A stretch of DNA of 64,000 nucleotides from Candidatus Altiarchaeota archaeon (GCA_043813075.1 JBDRLL010000041.1:1-64000); one strand, 5' to 3'. Counted from the first letter of the stretch, positions 1-9,720 are shown. Notes: a model not told the origin generated them from the sequence alone. Numbers and translations: made by a program.

Positions 1-58
1 TTGACTTTTATATGTTGGGGTTGAATACCTGTCTATTTATTCAAATGGAGTTGATATT

Positions 59-484
59 ATGCCTGCGAAGAAAGGAGATAACGTGAGGATAGAGTATGAG
101 GGTAAGCTGGATGACGGCACTGTCTTTGACAGCAGTGATAAGCAGGGCAGTCCGCTGGAGTTTGAACTTGGTTCTGGGAAGGTAATCCCAGGTTTTGAGA
201 ATGCCGTCTTAGGCATGGAGTCGGGGGATGAGAAGGAGTTCACGCTGAAGCCTTCCGACGCCTACGGAGACCATGACCCCATGATGGTGCAGGAACTGCC
301 TAAAAGCAATTTCCCTGATAACGTGGAGTCAGGCATGATGTTCATGATGGGTTTAGACGGTGGAATACAGATGCCAGTAACTGTTGCGGAAGTCAGTGAT
401 GATACGGTCAAACTGGACATGAATCACCCTCTGGCAGGGAAGAACCTTAACTTCAGGATAAAGGTTGTGGAAATCTCCTCATGA
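59..484 (+). CDS. slyD: FKBP-type peptidyl-prolyl cis-trans isomerase (SlyD-like)
   Basis: GD.V.I.Y.G.L.DG.VFDSS, VIPGFE.A..GM..G, DMNHPLAGK.L.F motifs; SD GGAGTTGA upstream. Confidence 0.95.
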   Translation: MPAKKGDNVRIEYEGKLDDGTVFDSSDKQGSPLEFELGSGKVIPGFENAVLGMESGDEKEFTLKPSDAYGDHDPMMVQELPKSNFPDNVESGMMFMMGLDGGIQMPVTVAEVSDDTVKLDMNHPLAGKNLNFRIKVVEISS

Positions 485-1675
485 CCTTGCCTGCCTGACT
501 TCATCCATCTGCTGTTGCTTCATATCAGGGTTGGGGTGGAATATGTCGCCGAACTTGCCTAGATAAATCTCCTTTAAAGTGAAGTCGCCCCTGCGGTAGG
601 CTTCCCTCCTGGAGGCTCCGACAGCATCCAGTACTTCAACGCCCCGCTGCCAGTCGTCTGACATGAGGACGTGGTACATCACGCGCTTGCCCATAAGGTC
701 TTTGACTGGAGGGTCTCCTGGAACCTCCCGGTAGGCGTTGTATAAAGTGAATATGATTTCCTGCGTCTCAACGTCGCTAGCCAACGCCTTTATGACCTTG
801 CTGCCGTCCTCATGGGTTATGGCCTTCGCGAGACGCCTTACCCCTCCGTCGGATTCCGGCTCTGTGGCGAGGACGTCAAAGAAGGCTAGGGCCGTCCTCG
901 GCAGGTTCTCCTTCATCCTCCGCACCACCAGCCCCCTGTTTTCCTCACTCGAAATGTATTGGAAGAATCTCTCCAGCTTCCGGTCTGAACTGAAGAACTC
1001 TGATATCGCCCCGTACCTGACTTCCAGACTATCGTGGTTGAGTAGCTGGGTTATCTCCGTGTCAGACTTCAATCCTCCGGCAGACTCCAGGTGCTGGGAT
1101 TCCACCGGCCTCGCCAGCGGCATTATCTGGCTTACACTCTCCTTCTCCTTCACCGACGGGCTCCTGACGTTTGCCCATAGGACCATCTTCTGCTTGAGGC
1201 TTCCTGCGCTCCCGTTCGCCACCCTCCGCATTATCTGCCATCCGGCGGGATAGTTGAATAGCTCGCGGACGACTTCAGGGCCGTGCTCGGTCTCGTTCAT
1301 CATCCGGTTGTAGAGTAGGTCGCCTGTGTTTGAGCTCATAGCGTTAGCCAGACGGCTGGTGCTCCATGGTCCGGTGCAATGCTCCCTTATAGCCTCGGAG
1401 AGTCCCGTAGGGTCCCTGTCGATCAGCCCTAGTATGGCCGTCTGCACCTGATCGTCAGCCAGGTTTTGCATTAGCGAACGGTAGGAGCGCACCCTAGTGA
1501 AGGTTCTCGCGAAGAATTCAGCGCCAGCGTCGCCATTCAGTCCGTCGAGTATCTGTTGGCTGCTGAGTCCGGCCTTAAACCAGGATAAGGGGGCTACTGA
1601 ACCTAGCTTACGGTCCAAGTCCGCGTTGACGTCGGCTAGCCTCGGCCTCTGATGCTCCTCGACGGGGGCTGGCAT
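479..1675 (-). CDS. Hypothetical alpha-helical protein, 398 aa
   Basis: Long ORF; TATA-like TTATTTAA about 25-30 nt upstream; one HEAT-like segment (LLNHDSLEVRYGAI); no family recognised. Confidence 0.7.
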   Translation of the reverse strand: MPAPVEEHQRPRLADVNADLDRKLGSVAPLSWFKAGLSSQQILDGLNGDAGAEFFARTFTRVRSYRSLMQNLADDQVQTAILGLIDRDPTGLSEAIREHCTGPWSTSRLANAMSSNTGDLLYNRMMNETEHGPEVVRELFNYPAGWQIMRRVANGSAGSLKQKMVLWANVRSPSVKEKESVSQIMPLARPVESQHLESAGGLKSDTEITQLLNHDSLEVRYGAISEFFSSDRKLERFFQYISSEENRGLVVRRMKENLPRTALAFFDVLATEPESDGGVRRLAKAITHEDGSKVIKALASDVETQEIIFTLYNAYREVPGDPPVKDLMGKRVMYHVLMSDDWQRGVEVLDAVGASRREAYRRGDFTLKEIYLGKFGDIFHPNPDMKQQQMDEVRQARS

Positions 1676-1728
1676 AGATAATACCAGGAATCAGTGTCTT
1701 AAATAACGGGTTCCCATAATAAACTCCA

Positions 1729-2445
1729 ATGAGGCTGCTTATAGACCATAAAGGCCAGAGGTATCTCGTTAAAGACGGTGAGGACTTGCACACCAAGTAC
1801 GGGTTGTTGAAGTCAGGAGACATCGATTCAGCCAAGCCGGGGGGGACCCTCACATCGAATACGGGCGTCAGGTTCACTGTCATAGACCCGGACATACTCG
1901 ACTTCATCTCTAAGGCCAGGCGGGGTCCGCAGGCCATGACCCTCAAGGACATGTCTTTGATTGCAGGATATGCTGGCCTGCACACTGGGAGCAGGGTTGT
2001 TGAGGCTGGGACTGGCAGCGGATTGTTCACAATGTATCTCGCCCACATCATACATCCCGGGAGGGTGGTGACGTATGAGGTGAGGGAGGATCATGCGAGC
2101 ATCGCTAGGAGTAATTTCGAGAGGTTCGGGATAGGGAACGTCGAATTGAAGCTGCAGGACGTTTATGAGGGAATAGATGAGGGGGGGTTGGATGCGGTGC
2201 TGCTTGACTTGACTGAACCGTGGCGGGTCGTGGAACACGCCCGGAAGGCGTTGAATGTCGGCGGCCGACTGGTATCCTACTCGCCGAGTATTAACCAGTC
2301 ACGCCAGCTGGCTGAAAAGCTTGAGGGATTCGAGTACGAGACCTTCGAATGCATCCTGAGGGAGTGGAAGGAAGAATCCATGCGGCCTGACACTAGGATG
2401 TTGGGACACACCGGATTCCTGACGGTGGCGAGAAGGCTTCGGTAG
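1729..2445 (+). CDS. trmI: tRNA (adenine-N1)-methyltransferase TrmI/Gcd14
   Basis: LHTKYG N-domain, RGPQ...KD, VVEAGTGSG SAM motif, LDLTEPW, C-terminal GHTGFL. Confidence 0.95.
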   Translation: MRLLIDHKGQRYLVKDGEDLHTKYGLLKSGDIDSAKPGGTLTSNTGVRFTVIDPDILDFISKARRGPQAMTLKDMSLIAGYAGLHTGSRVVEAGTGSGLFTMYLAHIIHPGRVVTYEVREDHASIARSNFERFGIGNVELKLQDVYEGIDEGGLDAVLLDLTEPWRVVEHARKALNVGGRLVSYSPSINQSRQLAEKLEGFEYETFECILREWKEESMRPDTRMLGHTGFLTVARRLR

Positions 2446-2483
2446 GTGTTTCAGTGGATGTTGCAGTCGCATAATACGTTTAT

Positions 2484-2741
2484 CTATTGCTTTTCTGCGG
2501 GTTTGTTTTGCAGGACTAGATGTTTTCTTACCCACCTGCCGAGATGATTCACCCCAACCACTAGGAGTATTAAGCCGATTATTATCGGAGCGTCTATCCT
2601 TATCCTGCCTTTGCTGGTATCGAGACATAGCTGGTAGGGGCAGCATCCACCAAAGCATCCGCTAAACCATCCGATCAGCGCAATGTCGAGTATAACGAGA
2701 ACCATGTAAGCGAGGATGTAATGCTTTTTCCCGGACCCCAT
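2484..2741 (-). CDS. Small two-TM membrane protein with Cys-rich loop
   Basis: Two hydrophobic stretches flank GCFGGCCPYQLC. Confidence 0.6.
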   Translation of the reverse strand: MGSGKKHYILAYMVLVILDIALIGWFSGCFGGCCPYQLCLDTSKGRIRIDAPIIIGLILLVVGVNHLGRWVRKHLVLQNKPAEKQ

Positions 2742-2799
2742 GATAGAGTATTATGTTAGAGGGGATTATATCCTGCCCCTGCGTTGAAGTCAGAACCCT

Positions 2800-4047
2800 T
2801 TACACTGGAGGCCGGACTATGAGGTCGGACCTGCCGTGTATTATGTCGAGGGTGTGGTATATGTGCTCGAAGAAGGGGTAGAGTTTCGGGCCGTAGCCGT
2901 CGAAGTAGAAGTGCATTGAAGTGTAGTTGAGCGCGATGACGACTAGTAGGGGGTATAGGGGGAGTGGACGGTCCTCGTGCCGGGATATCATCCTGGACTC
3001 GTATACGACGAGTATCGCTAGGAATGACGTGAACACCATCATGTTGTTCCACCGTTGTATGTCCCATCCGAGGAAGTGGGCGAAGAAGGGGGATGCGCAT
3101 GATATGATGAATGCTGGGGGCATTAAGCCGCTGTTTGGGAAGCACCTTTTAACCAGCAGGTAACCGAATATCATGAGGGATAGTATCGATGGGGCGAGTA
3201 TCAGGAGTGACTCCATGATGGCCCTCTGGTGGAAGCTGCCAGACCATATGGGGGACATGTTGCGGGTATGGTCTACGGCGCCGGTAGTGATTACTGAGAA
3301 TACGTCCAGCCTCGGGGGGAAGTCAGAACGGGATCTTATGTGCTCCAGCAGGTCAGGCAGATTGAGTACGTCCAGCGTCCCGTAATAGTCGACCGCCAGC
3401 ACCAGGCCGGACAGGATGATGACGGATATTATCAGGTATGCCCGCACGTCGGAGAATTTGATTCCCGCCTCCCTGCCTTCCTGGAGCCTGATCATCAGGG
3501 AGAAGAATAGTAGGGGGCCGAAGAATATGGCCATGACCTCGTGCAGTAGGACTAGGGTGCAGAGGCAGGATAGTATTAGTATGAAGTATTCTCCGTCACT
3601 CATCTTCCAGCCACGCGACTTCAAGAGCAGTAGGGATATCACTAGTATGCCCAACTGGTCGAAGTAGCCTATTATGTGGGCGTAGAAGCCCATCGCAGGG
3701 GAGGAGAAGAGGACTAGCGCCGGGAAGAGGAAGCTCTTCCTCCTGCCGTAAGCCCTGAGGGAGAGGGATAATAGGAGTATCAGGGAGGCGGCGAATATTA
3801 TTGAGATTATGGATAGGAGGACGTTGTATTTGTAGAATTGGTCGCCCAACAGGGCGTAAAAGACGGTGCCTGCAAGCCCCCTTTTTATGAAGCCGTACTC
3901 GTAGCTGAACGTGTAGTGGGTTGCAGCCCACAATCCAGGGTATCTTATCCCCTTCAGTACTGATATTAAGGCGAATGCAAACAGTACTAGCGTGACCTGA
4001 ACCCTCTCGCTACTCAACCATATCCTAAGCCGACTCCAGTCCAACAT
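2800..4047 (-). CDS. Polytopic membrane protein, possible GT-C-type glycosyltransferase
   Basis: About 10 hydrophobic segments; Y.YGFIKRGL.GT, GYFDQ, LLHE, GWD..RW loop motifs. Confidence 0.7.
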   Translation of the reverse strand: MLDWSRLRIWLSSERVQVTLVLFAFALISVLKGIRYPGLWAATHYTFSYEYGFIKRGLAGTVFYALLGDQFYKYNVLLSIISIIFAASLILLLSLSLRAYGRRKSFLFPALVLFSSPAMGFYAHIIGYFDQLGILVISLLLLKSRGWKMSDGEYFILILSCLCTLVLLHEVMAIFFGPLLFFSLMIRLQEGREAGIKFSDVRAYLIISVIILSGLVLAVDYYGTLDVLNLPDLLEHIRSRSDFPPRLDVFSVITTGAVDHTRNMSPIWSGSFHQRAIMESLLILAPSILSLMIFGYLLVKRCFPNSGLMPPAFIISCASPFFAHFLGWDIQRWNNMMVFTSFLAILVVYESRMISRHEDRPLPLYPLLVVIALNYTSMHFYFDGYGPKLYPFFEHIYHTLDIIHGRSDLIVRPPV

Positions 4048-4074
4048 TTTATAAAGATGGGGGTTCGCAGTATT

Positions 4075-4251
4075 TTATTTCACTGTTATGCTAGACTGCT
4101 CGGCCCACATCTTATTGTACAAGTATATCTGATGGTTTAGGGCAGCCACTATGACGTCGTAGGGTAGGCCGTTGTTGGTCGTCTGGGTCCGGGCCAGCCC
4201 CTCCTCGTCTATCGTGATCTCCAGCAGGAACTTATGTTCTTTGACTTGCAT
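4075..4251 (-). CDS. Unannotated 58-aa protein (MQVKEHKFLLEITIDEEG...SSITVK)
   Basis: Read by eye: SD GGAGGTGA just upstream of ATG; the ORF fills the gap between the flanking genes. Confidence 0.7.
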   Translation of the reverse strand: MQVKEHKFLLEITIDEEGLARTQTTNNGLPYDVIVAALNHQIYLYNKMWAEQSSITVK

Positions 4252-4264
4252 GACTTCACCTCCA

Positions 4265-6349
4265 TTAGCTGAACAGTGAATCCCATACCCTTCCGAAGAA
4301 GCTTCTCTGCACGACCTTCTGTATTTCAGGCTTTCGCTGGCACATGCAGCGGGCGTCAGCTCCTGTAGCAGACTGGGAGGTGAACACGCATTCGAAGTCG
4401 TCCGGGCAAGAGCCGATTGAACACTTGTCTGGAGACGGGTCCTCTATGCTCCTGCACTCGTTGGAAGGAACTGTTGGAAACATGGTTGTGGTAGTCGTAT
4501 CCTGTGGCTCCACGCACTTGCAGTAGCCTACTCCTGCAGTGTCTACGACGTATCCGCACTCGTAGTCCGGTGGACAGACACCCTCCATACACATCTTCTC
4601 GTTTGGGTTCTTTAGGTCAGTGCACTTCCTGCCTGAAGGCATTGTTGTCGTGGTCTCCAGCACGCACTCGCACTTGCCGATAGCTGCGGAAGCGTACATC
4701 ACGTAACTGCACTTGTGGTTTGGAGGGCATATGCCGTCCATGCACTGCATGGCGCCCGCATCGGTTATAGCCTCGCACCGGACCTGCCCGGATAGCGTCG
4801 TGGTTGTGGTAGACTTCATAACGCACTTGCAGTACGCGAGGTTGGCTGCTGCCGGGGACTGCACGTACTTGCAGTCATACTCCGGCGGGCAGATGCCTTC
4901 AGCGCAGGTCTCGTAGCCTGCCTGCATTGCCTCGCACCTCTTGGAGTCCGGTATTGTAGTGGTAGTGCCTTCAACGCATTCGCAGGAGCCTCCAGCGACC
5001 TGGGCCGCCAGGTAGCCTGGCGAGGCCCCTCCTGGCATGAAGACGCACCGTGTTCCCGGCGGACATACTCCCATCGTGCATGTGTTAGCGTTGGCTGGTG
5101 ATGTCTCCTCGCACTTGCGGGGGAGTGTTGTGGTAGTCTCCTCCGGGCAGTCGCATGGAACGCACTTGCATGATGGTCCGGGCATGTTAGCAGCAAGGTA
5201 TCCTGTGGTGGCCCCTCCTGGCATGAACCTGCATACGTAGTTCGGTGGGCAGTCACCCTTCACGCACATCCTGGCGGAGGGGGGTGATATGTCTGAACAT
5301 GGGGGGTATAGTGTTGTTGTGGTCGTTGCTTGGATGCACTCGCATGTGGTATGAACGTTTTGCGCTGCCAGGTATCCGGCTGAAACGCCTCCTGGCCGGA
5401 GCATGCATCGCATGCCTGGCGGGCATGACCCCTGCGAGCAGGTGTTAGCGTTTGGATTCTCTATGGAACGGCAGTTGACTGGCGGCTGTGTTGTGGTGGT
5501 TGCGCCAACGCACATGCAAGCTCGGACTGCGTTGCCGTCCTCGTCATGTGTTACTACGTACTTACATTTCTGGTCTGGCGGGCAGAGGGCTTCCATGCAG
5601 GTCTTTTCGTTCGGGTCCTTGACGGCTTCGCAGCGGACCTGCGATAACGTAGTTGTGGTAGCTGCCTCGCACTTGCATTTTCCAACCTGGTTGCCTGCTG
5701 TGTCATAGCCTGTGGGGTAGAACGTGCATGGCAGGTTATTAGGGCATGACGCACGCTTGCATTTTTCTGGAGACGCGTCCTGGACTGCCTCGCACCGGAC
5801 GATTGAAGGCAGTGTCGTGGTGGTCGTGTCGTCTACGCAAGCACATGCGGGGACTTGCATTGCGGCAACACCTTGGGCCTGGACGTAAATCAGCTTGCAT
5901 ACCTTGTTGTCAGGGCAGATGGCGTCCATACATGTCTTCTCATTAGGGTTCTGGACTGCCTCGCATCGTGTTACTGAAGGCTGTGTTGTAGTTGTGGCGT
6001 CCTGGGACTCTGCGCAAACACACTTTTTCACTTGACTGCTGGCGAATGTGGCGACGTAGTAGACGCATGGTCTGCCGTCCAGGCATGACGCACGCTTGCA
6101 GTTCTCAGGCGACGGGTCTGGGACAGCCTCGCAATCATAGTCAGAATACTGTGTTGTTGTTGTCGTCCGCAGGGTCAGTGACGTGCGACCCTCTTCCGCA
6201 GACAATACGCGTGCGAGCGTTGTCGTGGTCGTGACCAGGTTTGCCACTGGTATCGGGGTCTTGGCGATTGCGGCCGAAGCGTTTGGCGTTAACATAAAAA
6301 AAAGTGTCATTAGGATAATGGTCCGGGAAAGTGCTTTAGCAGAGTCCAT
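4265..6349 (-). CDS. Secreted Cys-rich protein with 11 tandem 6-Cys modules separated by Thr runs
   Basis: Signal peptide ending ASA; repeat C-x9/10-C-x4-C-x5-C-xn-C-x-C-TTTT; amphipathic C-terminus FFGRVWDSLFS. Confidence 0.9.
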   Translation of the reverse strand: MDSAKALSRTIILMTLFFMLTPNASAAIAKTPIPVANLVTTTTTLARVLSAEEGRTSLTLRTTTTTQYSDYDCEAVPDPSPENCKRASCLDGRPCVYYVATFASSQVKKCVCAESQDATTTTQPSVTRCEAVQNPNEKTCMDAICPDNKVCKLIYVQAQGVAAMQVPACACVDDTTTTTLPSIVRCEAVQDASPEKCKRASCPNNLPCTFYPTGYDTAGNQVGKCKCEAATTTTLSQVRCEAVKDPNEKTCMEALCPPDQKCKYVVTHDEDGNAVRACMCVGATTTTQPPVNCRSIENPNANTCSQGSCPPGMRCMLRPGGVSAGYLAAQNVHTTCECIQATTTTTLYPPCSDISPPSARMCVKGDCPPNYVCRFMPGGATTGYLAANMPGPSCKCVPCDCPEETTTTLPRKCEETSPANANTCTMGVCPPGTRCVFMPGGASPGYLAAQVAGGSCECVEGTTTTIPDSKRCEAMQAGYETCAEGICPPEYDCKYVQSPAAANLAYCKCVMKSTTTTTLSGQVRCEAITDAGAMQCMDGICPPNHKCSYVMYASAAIGKCECVLETTTTMPSGRKCTDLKNPNEKMCMEGVCPPDYECGYVVDTAGVGYCKCVEPQDTTTTTMFPTVPSNECRSIEDPSPDKCSIGSCPDDFECVFTSQSATGADARCMCQRKPEIQKVVQRSFFGRVWDSLFS

Positions 6350-6410
6350 GGTACGGGTAAAAAATCAGAGGGAGCGCTAATAAATAAAAAAAGAAGAGGT
6401 TTTAGAGGTC

Positions 6411-6962
6411 TTATTCGACCTTTATCTTCTTCTTCCCTGAGTCTTCCTTTGGCTTCAAGCGCTTCATCTTTACCTCTAGGATGCCGTTCTTGTATGTTGC
6501 CTTAACATCCTCCTGAAGTATTTCTGAGGGGAGCTTGAGTTCCTTGTGGTACCTCCGTTGGTCGTCGTTGACCTTGATTTCAAGCGACTTCTCACTGGCA
6601 TTCAGTTCTATGTCTTCCTTGCTGACTCCAGGGATCTCGGCGATGACTGTTACCTTATCCTTTCCGTCGATAACGTCGACGAGAGGCTCCCGTTCCCCTG
6701 GGACTTGGACGTCACCCCTACGGGGCACGTTGCCGAACTCGTTTAATATGGGTTTGCCGTCTGGGCCGGAGTGCATGCTGAAGCCGTAAACGTAGTTCTT
6801 GCCGGGATGCATTTCGCTTGAGCCGACGCCAGCCATGGCCTCGCGTATTATACGGTTCATGTGCTCGTGCATCCTCTCGAAGTCTTCGTCAAAGCCGAAC
6901 ATGCCTCCGCCGAAGAAGTCGTCGAACGGTCTCCGCCTCCTCGGCTTGTCTTCATCATCCAT
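6411..6962 (-). CDS. hsp20: Small heat shock protein, archaeal Hsp20
   Basis: YGFSM..GPDGKP...EFGN, EPLVDV, ATYKNGILEV alpha-crystallin motifs; SD AGGTGA before the ATG at 6962. Confidence 0.95.
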   Translation of the reverse strand: MDDEDKPRRRRPFDDFFGGGMFGFDEDFERMHEHMNRIIREAMAGVGSSEMHPGKNYVYGFSMHSGPDGKPILNEFGNVPRRGDVQVPGEREPLVDVIDGKDKVTVIAEIPGVSKEDIELNASEKSLEIKVNDDQRRYHKELKLPSEILQEDVKATYKNGILEVKMKRLKPKEDSGKKKIKVE

Positions 6963-6971
6963 TGGATTCAC

Positions 6972-7397
6972 CTACTCTATTTTTATTTTATGTGACTTGT
7001 CTGTCTTAGATTTCTTCGCCAGCTTGATCTCTAGGACTCCGTCCTTGTATTTTGCCTTTGTCTTGTCTGCGTCCACTTCTGCGGGAAGCTTCATGCTCCT
7101 GAGGAAGCTGGAGTACCTTCGCTCGCACATGTGGTATCCTTCATCCTCCTTCTCCTCCTCTGACTTACGCTCTGAAGTAACGGTAAGGGTGTCGTCTGTA
7201 AGCTTTATGTCTATGCTGTCCTTGTCTGTGCCGGGGATGTCTAGCCGGACTGTTATGGAGTCCTTGCCGTCGATAACGTCGGTCAAGGGCCGTACAACAG
7301 GCTTGTCGTTCTTGCCGGTCAGTAGTGGCCGGTTAACGTCCCTGAACATTCTCGCGAATGCGCGGTCCATTTCCTCGAATGGGTCCCAGTAAGCCAT
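6972..7397 (-). CDS. Small heat shock protein, Hsp20/alpha-crystallin
   Basis: WDPFEEM, ERRYSSF.RS..LP, AKYKDGVLEI, C-terminal I-x-I. Confidence 0.95.
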   Translation of the reverse strand: MAYWDPFEEMDRAFARMFRDVNRPLLTGKNDKPVVRPLTDVIDGKDSITVRLDIPGTDKDSIDIKLTDDTLTVTSERKSEEEKEDEGYHMCERRYSSFLRSMKLPAEVDADKTKAKYKDGVLEIKLAKKSKTDKSHKIKIE

Positions 7398-7539
7398 TTT
7401 TCACATCACCTTTGTTTGTTTTATGGATATATTATGTAAAACGAATATAAAAATCCTGTGTTTTTCAATAGGTTTGAGTGTATAGCAATTGCCCTATTTA
7501 TGCTGGTAATACGGTTTATTAACACCAGAGAGGGTTTTT

Positions 7540-9720
7540 ATGCCTGAGGCAACAGTTGATCCCAGTAAGCGTGGAAGTCAGAGGGTGGATAGGAATCTCG
7601 CTGAACAGGGATTCACGCCAGAGGACATGAATACCCCCATAAAGGACCTTGAGCCTGTTAAAAGGAGGATTGCGCTGCAGCCGTTGGTTAAAGCGCTCTC
7701 AGACACCTCCAGCCGCATACTAAACACTCCAATAGGCGAGCTGAACACTGCATTGAAGCATGGGGATGATTTGACGAGACTGTACAGGTACCTGGAGGGC
7801 GGCACACCAATAATGGTTTCCGCCAACCCGCTGGACGGAGTAACAATCCCAAAACCTCCGCCAGACATACTATTGGCTGCTGAAGCCAAGAAAGCCAACC
7901 TAAGGGCCACGAGGTCGCCTAGGGGAGGGAAATTCATCAGGAAGGAACTTTATGAAATGCTGAATGATGAAAGCTACATAGTTCCGAGGCTTAACGCCGC
8001 ACTGGAGCAGCTCATAGCGAACGGCTACATCTCGAACCCGCTTGAACTTGGGGCGGTAAGATATGTCAGGAAGAACGAGGACGTCAGGACGCCGCCAGAG
8101 ACAGATGTCGGCTGCGTCCTGGTATTCCATCCTGCCACAAGAAAGGGCGCTAGCGCGGAAGACAGGAACCTCAGCCCGAGGAGGCCTGTCTCAGTAGAGT
8201 TCGACGCTGCCGGGAACATAACGAAGATGAAGGAGTACAGTCCCGCGCACGGGAGGAAGCTGTTGACGCCGATAAACGCGTACATAGACATTGTTGATGA
8301 AATGCGTCCTGGTGACGAGGAGACGTACTACTACAGGAGGCTGAAGTTCGAGCCCATAGAGGTTGCTGCAGGAGAGCTGGATGAGAAGGCCAGGAGGATA
8401 GTGGAGTTGGGTGAAAGGGATGGTACTGCCAGGACCTTCGACGGCAGTGAGATACGGTTCTATAACCTCAAGAGGCCCCGGGACGTGGATGAAGTCGGTT
8501 TTGGTGTGGACAGGATAGGTCTTGTCACAGAGATGGGTATTGAGGGTGGGGGGACAGTCTCAGGATTAATGAGAATCGTTGAAACCCCCTGCATACAGTC
8601 AGAGGTTGGTGGAGTGAGGTTTGGTATTCACCTGGAGCCCAATGACTTGGGGGTTCCTTCAAGGGAGACGCTTGAAAGCAGGATACATGAGATAGCGTCG
8701 CAGGAAAACCAGTGGACTTTCTCCGAGCCGAGGATGAGTTATACTGACAGGAAGGGTGAGATAAGAAGGGTTCTGACAGACTTGTCCAACGCTTCACCGC
8801 CCGTGCTGATGGCAGACCCTGCGTCACGTATGGAGTCTCAAGCCAGGTTCCTGGAGGAGATGAGTCCTGCAGTCCCGTACCTGATAGAATTAAAGCACAA
8901 GCTACCTGAATTCGTGAGACAGACCGCTGCCGAAGTGCCTGGGGAATCTCCGGAACTGAACAAGCTGGCGACCGCGTCATACGCGCAACTATTCCAGGCT
9001 GCAGCCAGCATGGTTGGTAAGGGAAGGGCGGTCAACATACTCTGGCCCCTCGAGAGCGTCGACAATTTTTTGGAAGGCTATTTGGATTATCTTGAAGCCA
9101 ACGACCGGGAGTACGCCATGACTGTCGGGCATGTGGTTCAGGACGCAGTCAGGCCGTTGAACCTTCAGAACCAGAGCAGGATAATATCGGAACTCCAACA
9201 GCAGGGTGAGATGACTAGGAGGCATATCAGCTTCGAGGCGGGGAGGATCAGGGAGGAGATAGGCGAGACCGAGGAGGTGATGCTAAGGCACTTGGACAAG
9301 ATTGGTGCGGATGGTGAGAGGCATGTTGGGAGGATAGCTGAGGCCCTGCCTTTGATGCAGGATGTTCTGGAGGAGATAGGCGCGGACACCACTAGAATAA
9401 GGGAGGCTTTACGCAGGAAGGATACCACGCTTGTGTTGGAGGCGGGGATAAGCACGTTCTTCGGCGGAGCCAAGCTGAAGAGGGAGATAAGCCTGGGCAG
9501 CGTTGATGATGCAGTCATAAGGGGTGCGGAAAGAATAAGGGAGGATGTGAGGCATGAGGGCAAGATAAGCCCTGAAGGCGAGTCGAAGCTGGGTAGGGCG
9601 ATGAAGATTATCGGCGGGAGCCTGAGGTCGCTGGCCAGGATGATGAAGAGGAAGGACATACCCAGGGATGATGTCGTACAGCTGAACGAGCTACTTACCT
9701 ACGAGGCTTTAAGTGCTTGA
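7540..9720 (+). CDS. Hypothetical 726-aa protein with C-terminal coiled-coil-like region
   Basis: Long ORF with host-like codon usage; TTTATTAA just upstream; no family recognised. Confidence 0.75.
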   Translation: MPEATVDPSKRGSQRVDRNLAEQGFTPEDMNTPIKDLEPVKRRIALQPLVKALSDTSSRILNTPIGELNTALKHGDDLTRLYRYLEGGTPIMVSANPLDGVTIPKPPPDILLAAEAKKANLRATRSPRGGKFIRKELYEMLNDESYIVPRLNAALEQLIANGYISNPLELGAVRYVRKNEDVRTPPETDVGCVLVFHPATRKGASAEDRNLSPRRPVSVEFDAAGNITKMKEYSPAHGRKLLTPINAYIDIVDEMRPGDEETYYYRRLKFEPIEVAAGELDEKARRIVELGERDGTARTFDGSEIRFYNLKRPRDVDEVGFGVDRIGLVTEMGIEGGGTVSGLMRIVETPCIQSEVGGVRFGIHLEPNDLGVPSRETLESRIHEIASQENQWTFSEPRMSYTDRKGEIRRVLTDLSNASPPVLMADPASRMESQARFLEEMSPAVPYLIELKHKLPEFVRQTAAEVPGESPELNKLATASYAQLFQAAASMVGKGRAVNILWPLESVDNFLEGYLDYLEANDREYAMTVGHVVQDAVRPLNLQNQSRIISELQQQGEMTRRHISFEAGRIREEIGETEEVMLRHLDKIGADGERHVGRIAEALPLMQDVLEEIGADTTRIREALRRKDTTLVLEAGISTFFGGAKLKREISLGSVDDAVIRGAERIREDVRHEGKISPEGESKLGRAMKIIGGSLRSLARMMKRKDIPRDDVVQLNELLTYEALSA

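Noticed and set aside
4265-6349. Recurring DNA words could suggest a CRISPR array or diversity-generating repeats
   Set aside because: They are degenerate, codon-aligned copies within one ORF, with no constant repeat-spacer period and no cas or reverse transcriptase gene.
6960-6980. Two Hsp20 genes in the same frame separated only by TAG, suggesting readthrough or pyrrolysine
   Set aside because: The second gene has its own SD (AGGTGA) and ATG, and the first ends in a normal I-x-I tail. Other TAG stops in the window behave as stops.
7398-7539. Heat-shock operator upstream of the hsp20 pair
   Set aside because: Only a short GCAATTGC palindrome is present, and it does not match the CIRCE consensus.
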